From Candidatus Limnocylindrales bacterium (GTDB lineage: Bacteria > Moduliflexota > Moduliflexia > Moduliflexales > JAUQPW01), in the NCBI GenBank assembly GCA_035559535.1, contig DATMBG010000058.1, forward strand, positions 310,001 to 333,494: 23,494 nucleotides of DNA, read 5' to 3'. The notes under the pieces were generated by a model that worked only from the letters and a program-made list of their open reading frames with translations, was not told the DNA's origin and did not search any database. Positions 8,184-17,551 of the stretch are shown here, in pieces. The position numbers and the translations under genes were made by a program. Numbering within the stretch: position 1 is the first letter of the stretch; the number at the start of each line of letters is the position of its first letter.

Positions 8184-10310
8184 TCAATCTTTGTGGGCTA
8201 AGAAGGTCTCCAGAATCATAAGCCCCAGCAGGGCGGATAACAGAAATGGCCAGACTTGATTTCGTGAGTTATCGACAAGGTTTTCACCTTTCAGAAAGGA
8301 GGATTTGGGAATAAGTTTAATTGGAACCGAATCGAGTCGTTTGGAGATCTCTTCCTGCGATATAGGACTCAGGTCTGACTCCGAGGGGTCTAGATTTACA
8401 GAGAAGAGAAAAGAATCTTTTTTGTTCGATTGGCCCGGTAATATCACCCGATAAATTCCTGGGATATAGGTGGATTTATAGGCCAGGAGAGGTTGGGCTT
8501 CATCCATCTGGAGATCAACAGATTGGGCTCTTCCTTCCGCATCTTCAACCATGACCTGGGAGGGAGGATTTGCCAGGTCCAGCTTAACCTCCTTAACCTG
8601 TCCGACTCTTAAAGGTTCTTCTCTTCTTACCTCCTCCAGACCAGTACTCAGATAGTATATAGCCTGATGAAGAAGGGGTAAAAAGGCTGGCTTGCTGGGA
8701 AGGTTGGTCCAATCCCGATCTAGGGTCGAGGCAAAAAACAGAACACTCCCTTTTTCCAATTTGTGCTCGGCTATGAAAGGATCTCCTGAAGTAAAGGACG
8801 CAATCACCTGGGAGCTAGGTTGTAGGGTTGTCAAATCCCCTTTCACATACTTTCTAAATTCGGCAGATCCTAAACTGCCGCGCCTTTCCTCTTCAAAAAC
8901 CTTAAAAATAGGATGATGTAAATTGGTTGTATTTACCTTAACCGGTGTCGATCCTGTATCTACCACGCTCTGTAACTTATAGGGAAGCAGATTAAACTTT
9001 AATAAAAACAGCCGGTTGTAAACGTCTGGTTTGACTTTTTCTCCTGAGGAAATGATCAGATGCCCCCCCTGGCGAATATAACGAAGGGTTTCTTGAAGCT
9101 TATTCTCAGAAAGTGTGCCGACATTACAAAACATGAGAACATCAATATCTTTTAGCTCATAGTTCTCAAATTCCGTCGTGGCTACGATAATCGGCGAAAT
9201 AATAAACTGCTCAAAGGCTACCTTCGGGTTCAAAGCATATCTCAAGTAGAAGGTTTCATCCTTATAGAAAACACTGTTCGGATCTCCGTTGACGACCAGG
9301 ACTCTAATCTTTTCACGGACGTGGGTGGAGAAATAAAATTTATTGTCTACCATGAGGTTATCATCGCTGATTTCGACGAAGCCTTTGTACCACCCCGGCT
9401 TGGAGAATTGATAGCGAAACTCGCCTTCCACTTCTTCCATGGGTTTGATATCGAGGAACTTCTGGGCAACTTTTTTCCCTTCAATGTACAACCGGGCGGT
9501 CAAACTCTTAACCGGGTTAGAAGAAAAGTTCTTTACCTTAACTTTCAAGGAAACCGGTAGATCCACTCCGATAAAATTTTGATTGAGTTGTACATCCTGA
9601 ATGGCCACATTATCCCGTTCTTCATTTTCGGCCAGGTTAATTACATAGACTCGGACCTGAGGATTAAAAAACTTAATATTGGCCACATTTACAGATTCCC
9701 ATCCGTTTCGGGCTAAATCGGTGATGATATAAAGGTTCTTATCCAAAAAGTTTGAATCCTTCAGAAAGGTGTACGCTTTATCCAGGGCACCGGAAAAATC
9801 CGCAGCCAAATAGGAGGGTTCTGCTTTATCAATTTCTCCTAGAAGTTTCTGGTGGTCAAAGAGAAGAGGAATCGAGGTGGTTACTTTTTCGTTATCACTA
9901 AAAACTAAGCCGAGGCTATCCTGTCCCCGGGATTTTTTAACGATCCGGCGTGCAATCTCTTTGGCCTGTTCAAATCGAGTGCTTTCAGGTTCTTGATATC
10001 GGGTGCTGTAGGAGTTATCTAACAAAATAACTGCGCTGTTAGGTCGCTGGGTATCCTGACCGATAGAAGCATTTAAAAGAGGACGGGAAAAGGTGAGTAC
10101 CAGCAAGATTACCATAAGGGTGCGTAATATCAACAGCAAAATTTCCCGGAGTTTCAACCTCCGGGCAACCTCCCGGTTGGAAAGCAATACAAATTCCACA
10201 GCTGGAAACCGCATGGGTTTCGCTTTTCGCCGGTGGATCATATGAATAATAATGGGTACAGAGGCTAAAGTCAGCCCGAATAAATAAAAAGGGTTTAGAA
10301 ATGAGAACAT
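8184..10310 (-). CDS. BatA N-terminal double-TM + VWA + Ig/CARDB-like + GATase-like membrane protein
   Basis: VPIIIHMIHRRK..FP..LLILR..SRP; MIDAS DNSYS and ITD; DNLMVDN; C-terminal TM VWPFLLSALLGLMILE. Confidence 0.88.
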   Translation of the reverse strand: MFSFLNPFYLFGLTLASVPIIIHMIHRRKAKPMRFPAVEFVLLSNREVARRLKLREILLLILRTLMVILLVLTFSRPLLNASIGQDTQRPNSAVILLDNSYSTRYQEPESTRFEQAKEIARRIVKKSRGQDSLGLVFSDNEKVTTSIPLLFDHQKLLGEIDKAEPSYLAADFSGALDKAYTFLKDSNFLDKNLYIITDLARNGWESVNVANIKFFNPQVRVYVINLAENEERDNVAIQDVQLNQNFIGVDLPVSLKVKVKNFSSNPVKSLTARLYIEGKKVAQKFLDIKPMEEVEGEFRYQFSKPGWYKGFVEISDDNLMVDNKFYFSTHVREKIRVLVVNGDPNSVFYKDETFYLRYALNPKVAFEQFIISPIIVATTEFENYELKDIDVLMFCNVGTLSENKLQETLRYIRQGGHLIISSGEKVKPDVYNRLFLLKFNLLPYKLQSVVDTGSTPVKVNTTNLHHPIFKVFEEERRGSLGSAEFRKYVKGDLTTLQPSSQVIASFTSGDPFIAEHKLEKGSVLFFASTLDRDWTNLPSKPAFLPLLHQAIYYLSTGLEEVRREEPLRVGQVKEVKLDLANPPSQVMVEDAEGRAQSVDLQMDEAQPLLAYKSTYIPGIYRVILPGQSNKKDSFLFSVNLDPSESDLSPISQEEISKRLDSVPIKLIPKSSFLKGENLVDNSRNQVWPFLLSALLGLMILETFLAHKD

Positions 10311-10315
10311 AACAA

Positions 10316-10377
10316 AGTACCGGTGACTTTGTGCTAAGTGGCCAGTACTCAGTACTTAGCACAAAGTCACCGGTACT
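10316..10377. repeat. Perfect 24-bp inverted repeat filling the DUF58-BatA intergenic space
   Basis: AGTACCGGTGACTTTGTGCTAAGT (10316-10339), 14-nt loop, ACTTAGCACAAAGTCACCGGTACT (10354-10377). Confidence 0.92.
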
Positions 10378-11296
10378 ATTTATTTCTGCGTAGCAGATAG
10401 GTTGCAAGGGTTACATCCAGAGGTGTAGAAGTATTAAACAGGGCATAGTCAATTCGATTCTTTCGGCAGTTATCCCTAAGCTCATCGATAAAGGCGCGGA
10501 TACGGGATAAATACTCATTTCGAATCACCTTACTGTCTGCCATGACTTTCAGATCTGACTCCATATCTTCAAACAAGATGAAATCGCTGAAAGGAAATTC
10601 CAGTTCTGCCGTATCCAGGATATGCAATACAACCACCTCGTGCTTTCTGTACCTGAAGTGCTTTAAGCTATCCAGAACCTGTTTGGGATCATCAAACAAA
10701 TCCGAGATGACAATGATAAGCCCGCGTCGTTTAATATTCTTTGCTAAATCCGTTAAGGCCTTACTGATATTTGTCTTCTTTGAGGGCTTTAGATTCTCCA
10801 GTTTGTCATGGATTACCTTGATGTGGGAAAGGGTCGAGCGAGGGGGAACAAAATCGGCAATATCTTCATTAAAGGTCATAAACCCCACAGCATCTCCCTG
10901 TTTAACCATTAAATAAGCCAGAGAAGCTGCCACATAGCTCCCGTACTCTAACTTTGTCATTTTACCGTCTGAGCTATACCCCATGGAATTACTGCTATCC
11001 AATAGCAGATAACATCTTAAATTGGATTCTTCTTCAAACTGTTTAACATAATATTTATCCGACTTACCATAGAGTTTCCAATCGATATGCCGAATCTCGT
11101 CTCCTTCTACATATTCTCGATGTTCAGAGAACTCCACACTAAATCCATGGTAAGGACTTTTATGAAGTCCTGCGATAGTCCCCTCTACAATATACCTGGC
11201 TTTGAGGGAAATACTGGATAACTTGGCAATGACCGTGGGATCCAGGAAAGTTCGATGGGATGATACAACCACTTCTTTGTTTAATCCAGAGTCCAA
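10376..11296 (-). CDS. DUF58 domain protein (MoxR-associated, VWA-like)
   Basis: GLHKSPYHGFSVEFSEHREYVEGDEIRHIDWK; LLDSSNSM; VISD. True start may be the GTG a few codons downstream. Confidence 0.93.
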   Translation of the reverse strand: MDSGLNKEVVVSSHRTFLDPTVIAKLSSISLKARYIVEGTIAGLHKSPYHGFSVEFSEHREYVEGDEIRHIDWKLYGKSDKYYVKQFEEESNLRCYLLLDSSNSMGYSSDGKMTKLEYGSYVAASLAYLMVKQGDAVGFMTFNEDIADFVPPRSTLSHIKVIHDKLENLKPSKKTNISKALTDLAKNIKRRGLIIVISDLFDDPKQVLDSLKHFRYRKHEVVVLHILDTAELEFPFSDFILFEDMESDLKVMADSKVIRNEYLSRIRAFIDELRDNCRKNRIDYALFNTSTPLDVTLATYLLRRNK

Positions 11297-11342
11297 AGTT
11301 TAAAGCCTTCCCATGGAAAACTCTGAACTTTGGACTTCCTGG
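11286..11342 (-). repeat. Long imperfect hairpin between moxR and DUF58
   Basis: Minus strand AGTCCAAAGTT-CAGAGTTTTCC-atg-GGAAGGCTTTA-AACTTTGGACT, a ~21-bp stem with three G-U pairs and one mismatch. Confidence 0.7.
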
Positions 11343-11353
11343 TACTTAGGCTT

Positions 11354-12367
11354 TTAAGAAATAGTCTCCGGTGTTTCCTCTATGAGTTTTTGGATAATAT
11401 CCAGGGAAGAGACCCCTTCCGCTTCTGCTTTAAAATTGGTTACGATCCGATGGCGTAAGACTGAAGGGGCAATAGCCCGGATATCTTCGGTAGATACGGC
11501 GTAACGCCCTCGTAGAATGGCCCGGGCTTTTCCACCCAGGATGAGATATTGGGAAGCGCGTGGACCGGCACCCCAGTCTACCCAGTTTTTGATAAAATCG
11601 AAAGCCGTGGGTTCGGTAGGCCGTGAGTTTCTGACCAGCCGAACGGCATAGGAAATTACATAATCCGAGCAAGGTACTCGACGAACCATCCGTTGAAGAG
11701 CCAAGATTTCCGCGGCATTGAGGACCACCTCTACCTGGGGATCCAGATCTGACGTGGTCCGCTTTACAATTTGCATTTCCTCTTCCATCTGGGGGTAGTT
11801 GACGTAGATATTCAACATAAACCGATCCAGCTCAGCCTCGGGAAGCGGATAAGTTCCTTCCTGTTCAATAGGGTTCTGGGTTGCCAGAACGAAAAAGGGA
11901 AGGCTAAGTGGATAGGTTGTGCCACCTGCCGAGACTTTGTATTCTTGCATGGCCTGAAGCAAAGCCGCCTGGGTTTTAGGTGGCGTCCGATTGATCTCAT
12001 CGGCCAGAAGAATATTACAAAAAATCGGGCCTTTGATAAACTTGAAAGTTCGCTGTTTGGTGACCGGATCTTCCTCCAGAATGTCCGTTCCGGTAATATC
12101 AGAAGGCATCAAATCTGGAGTAAATTGAACCCGTTTAAACTCTAAATCCAAGACCCTGGCCAGGGTATTAACCAGTAAAGTCTTGGCCAGCCCGGGAACC
12201 CCCACAAAAAGACAGTGCCCTTGAGAAAAAAGGGCTATCAACAACTCGTCTAAAACTTTCTCCTGCCCAACAATCACCTTACTGACCTCGGTCAGGATTT
12301 TCTCCCGACTTCGGGCGATATGCTCTACAATTTCCAGATCACTTTTATCGACAAAGGCTTCTGCCAA
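11354..12367 (-). CDS. moxR: MoxR-family AAA+ ATPase
   Basis: GVPGLAKT, RVQFTPDLMPSDITG, LLADEINR, ATQNPIEQEGTYPLPEAELDRF. Start set at TTG 12367 after GAGGGGAG. Confidence 0.95.
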   Translation of the reverse strand: MAEAFVDKSDLEIVEHIARSREKILTEVSKVIVGQEKVLDELLIALFSQGHCLFVGVPGLAKTLLVNTLARVLDLEFKRVQFTPDLMPSDITGTDILEEDPVTKQRTFKFIKGPIFCNILLADEINRTPPKTQAALLQAMQEYKVSAGGTTYPLSLPFFVLATQNPIEQEGTYPLPEAELDRFMLNIYVNYPQMEEEMQIVKRTTSDLDPQVEVVLNAAEILALQRMVRRVPCSDYVISYAVRLVRNSRPTEPTAFDFIKNWVDWGAGPRASQYLILGGKARAILRGRYAVSTEDIRAIAPSVLRHRIVTNFKAEAEGVSSLDIIQKLIEETPETIS

Positions 12368-12722
12368 AGCTAACTCCCCTCGTTGGTAAAAGGCTATCCC
12401 ACAAGTCGTAGGCATATCCTACCACTCGTGAAACGTAACCTCCTTAAGCTTGAGAAAAATAAAAATCTTTATCTTTTCTTATGTTCCTTAAAAAGGGTTG
12501 CTTTGTCAAGGGAATTATGGGAAGGTCTGTTGTGAAAGGTGAGAGGATGAGTGAATCCGGCCAAAGTCTTCCTTGACATAAAGCTGGATCCAGACGAAAT
12601 TTAGGAAAAGAACTCCTGAATCCTAGGTTTACCTGGGGGACAGTCGCGTAGATTTAAAACTTCACCAAAAGCGAGGATTGGAAATGGAAGATTCTCCACT
12701 TCCAATTTTCGGTTTCTAAGCC

Positions 12723-14078
12723 ATTGTTTTTAAACCTTCCACAGCTCGAGAATTAGCCCTGGCCATTTTATACCAGGTTGAGGTAAAAAAAGCCTATGCA
12801 GATCTTGCCCTGGATGCAGAATTGAAGCGGAGTTCCCTGAGTCCAGAGGATAAGGCCTTAGTTACGGAACTCGTGTATGGTGTATTAAGGTGGCAGAAAA
12901 CCCTGGATTGGCAATTGGAGCAGGTATGTACAAAGCCCTTAAAAAAAACAACACCCTGGATTCGAAATATTTTAAGGCTTGGAGCTTATCAGCTTTTATT
13001 TCTGACCAGGGTCCCCGGCTTTGCTGCCCTTAACGAATCGGTGAAACTGGCGAAAAAGGTGGGATACCCGGGATCCCACAACCTTGTCAATGCAATTCTT
13101 CGGGCCTTAGACAGAAACCGGAAGCGGCTGACCTTCCCGGAGTTGGAAAAAGACCCGGTGAAACACATCGCGGTAAAATACTCCCATCCAGAATGGCTGG
13201 TGAAGCGATGGGTTAATCGGTATGGTAGGGATAGAACCATTCGGTGGTGCCAGGCCAACAACCAGCCTCCAGACCTGGCTATTCGTATGAATCCTTTGAA
13301 AACGGACCCGGTGACCTTGCGGGAAGAGCTGGAGAAAGAAGTCAAGACAGTCATTCCGCTTCCCTTTGATCTACCTGGATTTATCTTAAAGGACCATCCA
13401 CCCATTGCAACCCTCTCGGCCTATGTCCAGGGGTGGTTTACCGTACAGGATCCGGGTTCCATGCTGATTACTCGAATCCTCGATCCCCAACCCCATGAAA
13501 CAATTCTGGATGCCTGTGCCGGCTTGGGCACCAAAACGACCCAGATGGCAGAACAGATGAAAAATACCGGAACGATCCTGGCGGTAGATCTCAATGCCAG
13601 TAAAATCAAATTACTTGAGGAAAACTGCCGGAGACTCGGGATTACTTCGGTCACTTCCCGAATCGGAGATATCACCCAACTCAAAGATTTAAGTAAACGG
13701 TCCTTCCATCGTATTTTGGTGGATGCTCCCTGCTCAGGATGCGGAGTCTTTCGACGCCATCCCGAATCCAAGTGGCGGGTGACAGAAGAACAAATCCGGC
13801 GCTTACAGGGTCTTCAACTGACCTTACTAAATGCCGTAGCTCCCCTTTTAGCGCCACAAGGAATCCTGGCTTACAGTACCTGTACCACAGAACCTGAAGA
13901 AAATGAAGAGGTTGTTGAAAAATTTCTCCAGACCCATTCAGAGTTCCAAACAGAGCCGGTAGAAGAATATCTTCCCGGGACCTTAGGTCCTCTGGTTACA
14001 GAAGAAGCTTATCTCAAAACCTATTTGTACCCGGAGATATTCAACGGATTTTTTTGTGCCCGACTTTGTAAAAGATAG
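12723..14078 (+). CDS. rsmB: 16S rRNA m5C967 methyltransferase RsmB/Sun with N-terminal NusB-like domain (start codon uncertain)
   Basis: ELVYGVLRW, LRLGAYQL, YSHPEW, VQD, LDACAG.G.KT, DAPCSG.G, YSTCT..EENE. The frame stays open upstream of TTG 12822 (ARELALAILYQVEVKKAYADLAL) back to TAA 12717-12719. Confidence 0.93.
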   Translation: MVFKPSTARELALAILYQVEVKKAYADLALDAELKRSSLSPEDKALVTELVYGVLRWQKTLDWQLEQVCTKPLKKTTPWIRNILRLGAYQLLFLTRVPGFAALNESVKLAKKVGYPGSHNLVNAILRALDRNRKRLTFPELEKDPVKHIAVKYSHPEWLVKRWVNRYGRDRTIRWCQANNQPPDLAIRMNPLKTDPVTLREELEKEVKTVIPLPFDLPGFILKDHPPIATLSAYVQGWFTVQDPGSMLITRILDPQPHETILDACAGLGTKTTQMAEQMKNTGTILAVDLNASKIKLLEENCRRLGITSVTSRIGDITQLKDLSKRSFHRILVDAPCSGCGVFRRHPESKWRVTEEQIRRLQGLQLTLLNAVAPLLAPQGILAYSTCTTEPEENEEVVEKFLQTHSEFQTEPVEEYLPGTLGPLVTEEAYLKTYLYPEIFNGFFCARLCKR

Positions 14079-14087
14079 TGTGGAGGT

Positions 14088-15026
14088 GTGGGAGTGCTGT
14101 CCGTGGAAATTTTCCTGGCCTACCTGCTGGACCTTATCCTGGGTGACCCTCGCTGGCTCCCACATCCAGTTCGAGGCATAGGTTATGCCATTACCCAAAC
14201 TGAGCGATTTCTGCGACGCCTTAAAATAGCGGAGCGGCTGGCTGGAGTTATCCTGACCGTCTTTATCGTAGGCGGTATTTTCCTTATTTCAACAGGATTA
14301 GTAAATCTGGCCCATTTTCTTCATCCAACCCTGGGTACTGGTCTTTCCATCGTCTTGATTTTTACCACCCTATCCGTTAAAAGCCTATATCAAGAAAGTA
14401 TGAAGGTTTATTGGGCCCTTCAAAAAGGTGATCTCTTAAAAGCCAGAAAAGATCTGGCTATGATTGTAGGTCGGGATACCGAAAACTTAGATTTTGTTGA
14501 AATTGTTCGGGCGGGAGTTGAAACCGTTGCCGAAAATACCGTCGATGGCGTTATCTCTCCTCTGTTTTTTGCCTTTCTGGGAGGAGCTCCCCTCGCTCTG
14601 ACCTATAAGGCAATTAATACCCTGGACTCGATGGTAGGGTATCGAAATGAAAAATACCTCCGGTTCGGATGGGCTTCGGCCCGGCTGGATGATATAGCTA
14701 ATTTCATACCGGCTCGAATTGCGGGAATACTGATGCCTTTGGCCGCTTTTCTTTGCGGGGAAAGGGGATTTGAAGCTTTAAAAATCGTTTTGCGGGATGG
14801 ACAAAAACATCCAAGCCCGAACAGTGGAATTTCAGAGGCAGCCGTTGCCGGAGCCTTAGGGGTTCAACTTGGTGGATTAAACTTTTATCAAGGAAAACCC
14901 TCTCTTAAACCGACCTTGGGAGATTCAACCCGATCTTTAACCCTTGAAGATATCTATCGTGCCAATCGAATCATGCTGGTAACTTCTGGGTTGACTTTAA
15001 CCCTTGGACTTTTGTGTCGGTGGTAA
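14088..15026 (+). CDS. cbiB: Adenosylcobinamide-phosphate synthase CbiB/CobD
   Basis: GDPRWLPHPV, IVGRDT, ETVAENTVDG, YKAINTLDSMVGY, ARLDD..NFIPAR, SPNSG..EAA.AGALG. Confidence 0.95.
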   Translation: MGVLSVEIFLAYLLDLILGDPRWLPHPVRGIGYAITQTERFLRRLKIAERLAGVILTVFIVGGIFLISTGLVNLAHFLHPTLGTGLSIVLIFTTLSVKSLYQESMKVYWALQKGDLLKARKDLAMIVGRDTENLDFVEIVRAGVETVAENTVDGVISPLFFAFLGGAPLALTYKAINTLDSMVGYRNEKYLRFGWASARLDDIANFIPARIAGILMPLAAFLCGERGFEALKIVLRDGQKHPSPNSGISEAAVAGALGVQLGGLNFYQGKPSLKPTLGDSTRSLTLEDIYRANRIMLVTSGLTLTLGLLCRW

Positions 15027-17273
15027 TTAATTCACAACGACCTGTTTCTGATCCAGCAGCTTTTTCCCCTTTTCATCATAAATTTCCAGTAAGAAGGTTC
15101 CCGGTATGGAAGGAGTTCTCACGGTAAAGGAAAGCCCGGGATCTGCAGAACTCAGGAGGAATTTCTGGGGTAAATGGACCTCCTGGGAATATTCAGCCAG
15201 GGAAGGAGTATACCGAATCCACCTGATTTTAGCACGGGAATTAAACTCCGGATACGGGGAAAGACGAAGATCTCCAGCCGGAATAGATACATCCAACCGG
15301 GCCTGTACCTCACTTAGATGCGGAACCTGGTCGGGAAAAATAAGTTTAACCGGATCGGCCGTTGTCTCAAGATTGAAAGGCTCGTTCCTGGGGTTAATGA
15401 CTTCGAAAACATACGTGTCCGAAGAAGGAAATTGCTTAACAGGTTGAAGGAAACCGGAGAAAGCCTTAAGTTGAAGGGGCACATCAGAGAGATGTTTCTC
15501 GGTAATGAACCGCCGGTTGTGAAGGATTACGTAGCGTACCCCCAAAGCTCGAATCTTTTCAAGGGAGTTTTCTGAAGGAAACGTTTCCATCTGCTGAAAA
15601 AACCAGGTGGTGAAGGGAGGTATAAAGCTTGAATAACCTCCAACACTTTTCTTTCCATGGGTTGTGATGGCATAGTAGGCAGTGAGAATATCAACAGGGG
15701 TCCGAGGTAACTCTAAAATAGTAAAATCTCCGGGTTGATTCTTAAGCCAGGTATAAACCTCGGGAGTTTGGTTTAAAGTATTGGCCGGAACAATCCACAT
15801 GGCATCGGTACAATGCTCCAGGAATAAAAAGGATGCCAGAAATATACCCACAATTCCGCGAATATATTTTGAAGAAATTAAGTTCAACACTTTGACCAGC
15901 CCAAATCCGGCTAATACGCCGAGGAAGAAAGTGACCATGATATTGAATCGACTTACTACCCGGACCCCTTTAAACCCGGGTATTAGACCAGTGAGAAGAA
16001 GGTAAGGTCCATAAGGAATCTCCTTTTCGTGAAAACTCAGGGTGGGGCCAAAGCTGAACAAAAAAGCCAGGATCAAACAGATCAGAAAGAGACGGGGAAG
16101 GAAGGGAAAATGAGAGAGAAGGGGAGGAAGAGAAGGAACTTCCCCCCCTGGATCCTTCTCGAGTTCTATACCCTTTTTTGTCCCTCTGTTGGTTTCATAA
16201 AGAGTATACAACCCCCAACCGATTCCGAAAATTAATAAAGGGAAGATCATAACTTCATGACCAAGGGCAAAGAGTAAGAAAAGCCCGATCAGAATAAGGA
16301 TACCCAGACTTTGAAGGAGGAGTTTTCTCCGGGAAATAGACCCCTTAGAAGATCCAAGAAACCCCAGGAATAGCGCGGTTATTCCGGGAAAAAGCCAGAA
16401 AGGAGACGTCGTTCCAACTCCGGGTGGATAAAGTACCTTTCCGTATAAGGGGTTGTGAGGTAGAACCCGGGCATAATCCCGAATATTGGCGGAAAAATAA
16501 TGCGTCTCCCCTAAACTTCTCTGGAATCCCATCTGATTTTTGACCACGAGATAAGGATAGAAGAAAAAGCCGAATAAGGGTAGAACGATGATGAGAAACA
16601 AAGCGATTTGGATCCAAAACCCCGGAGTTTGAAATAATTTTTGTCTGATTCCAAAGATCAGCAGGAAAATCCCCACAAAAACTGTAAGAAATAAACCGTA
16701 GTATGCACTGGATAAAACCTGAAGCAGATAAAAAAAAGTAAAAAGGAGCCAGTTTTTATAAGTTCGGTCTTCAAAAAATTTAAGAAGATACAGGAAAGTA
16801 AAAGGAATCCACTGGGCCGTCATGTAAGGTAATTGGGCAAAGTTGCTCAGCATGTAGGTAGAATAGGCCAGTTCGATCCCGCCTAAAATTCCCGCAAGTC
16901 GGCTTCCGGTTAAGTATCGGATTAAAAGGAAATTTCCAAAAGCACAGAGGGTCAGAGAGAGAAGGATCAGGATATTATAAGCCAGTATTAAATTTCCTGT
17001 GGTATATATCACCGGGGTAACCAGGAGAGAGGGAATGAAAAAATGTTCGGAATATGCCAGGGTCAGACGATGGGGGTAAAAATAAGGAGGGTTCCAGTAA
17101 TCTTTAAATCCATGGGAAAGACTCTGATAGTTCCACCCTATTACAGAAAGAATATGGACCGGATCTCCCAAATCCACCCCGGGGAGATGGGTCTTAAGAC
17201 GGAATATCAAAGGAAAGGTCGCCCGGAAGGTTAAGAGTAAAAACAAGAACAGAACCAGTAAATTGATAAACAT
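15027..17273 (-). CDS. Polytopic membrane protein, YfhO/GT-C glycosyltransferase-like
   Basis: Many TM helices; GDP..W, YFYPH..TLAYSEH, F..VRVVSRF, VY.WL..ILELP, GYSSF.P, GVRYVILH. Start placed at ATG 17273 because the 5' extension to 17366 runs through a REP-like repeat. Confidence 0.75.
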   Translation of the reverse strand: MFINLLVLFLFLLLTFRATFPLIFRLKTHLPGVDLGDPVHILSVIGWNYQSLSHGFKDYWNPPYFYPHRLTLAYSEHFFIPSLLVTPVIYTTGNLILAYNILILLSLTLCAFGNFLLIRYLTGSRLAGILGGIELAYSTYMLSNFAQLPYMTAQWIPFTFLYLLKFFEDRTYKNWLLFTFFYLLQVLSSAYYGLFLTVFVGIFLLIFGIRQKLFQTPGFWIQIALFLIIVLPLFGFFFYPYLVVKNQMGFQRSLGETHYFSANIRDYARVLPHNPLYGKVLYPPGVGTTSPFWLFPGITALFLGFLGSSKGSISRRKLLLQSLGILILIGLFLLFALGHEVMIFPLLIFGIGWGLYTLYETNRGTKKGIELEKDPGGEVPSLPPLLSHFPFLPRLFLICLILAFLFSFGPTLSFHEKEIPYGPYLLLTGLIPGFKGVRVVSRFNIMVTFFLGVLAGFGLVKVLNLISSKYIRGIVGIFLASFLFLEHCTDAMWIVPANTLNQTPEVYTWLKNQPGDFTILELPRTPVDILTAYYAITTHGKKSVGGYSSFIPPFTTWFFQQMETFPSENSLEKIRALGVRYVILHNRRFITEKHLSDVPLQLKAFSGFLQPVKQFPSSDTYVFEVINPRNEPFNLETTADPVKLIFPDQVPHLSEVQARLDVSIPAGDLRLSPYPEFNSRAKIRWIRYTPSLAEYSQEVHLPQKFLLSSADPGLSFTVRTPSIPGTFLLEIYDEKGKKLLDQKQVVVN

Positions 17274-17322
17274 GGAAGCCTGGGAAAAGGGGAGCCGGCA
17301 AATCTCCGGATCAACTTCCCAA

Positions 17323-17363
17323 CTCCCCCCTCCCCTTGTGGGAGAGGGGCCGGGGGTGAGGGC
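17323..17363. repeat. C/G-rich REP-like element (same family as 7092-7123)
   Basis: CTCCCCCCTCCCCTTGTGGGAGAGGGGCCGGGGGTGAGGGC. Confidence 0.75.
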
Positions 17364-17443
17364 CACCTAAAAGTCAAGCAAAACTAAGTAAACCGTGTAT
17401 GAATGAGATAATAAAAATTCCCCTGACAAAGTATATTAAAAAT

Positions 17444-17473
17444 AGCATACTTAAAATTAAAATACGTTGTCAA
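17444..17473 (-). promoter_or_regulatory. Putative sigma70 promoter of the GT-C-like gene
   Basis: Minus strand TTGACA (17473-17468), 18 nt, then TATGCT (17449-17444). Confidence 0.65.
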
Positions 17474-17551
17474 GTTCTGTTTTTGGGGGGTAACTGTAAC
17501 AAAGTAGGTGGAAAAAGGAACACCCCCCAATCCCCCCTCGAGGGGGGATTG

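Noticed and set aside
7186-12415. HNH + MoxR/VWA as one anti-phage operon
   Set aside because: They are separated by 420 bp containing a hairpin, a MITE and the HNH gene's own promoter. The MoxR-DUF58-BatA set is the common chaperone-type cluster.
12420-12720. Cobalamin riboswitch or ncRNA upstream of rsmB-cbiB
   Set aside because: No B12-box or other recognisable conserved riboswitch motif. Only divergent TTGACA hexamers (12504-12509 minus, 12573-12578 plus) with weak -10 boxes are present.
17274-17366. N-terminal extension MALTPGPSPTRGGG of the membrane protein
   Set aside because: Its first half is a translation of the C/G-rich REP-like element.
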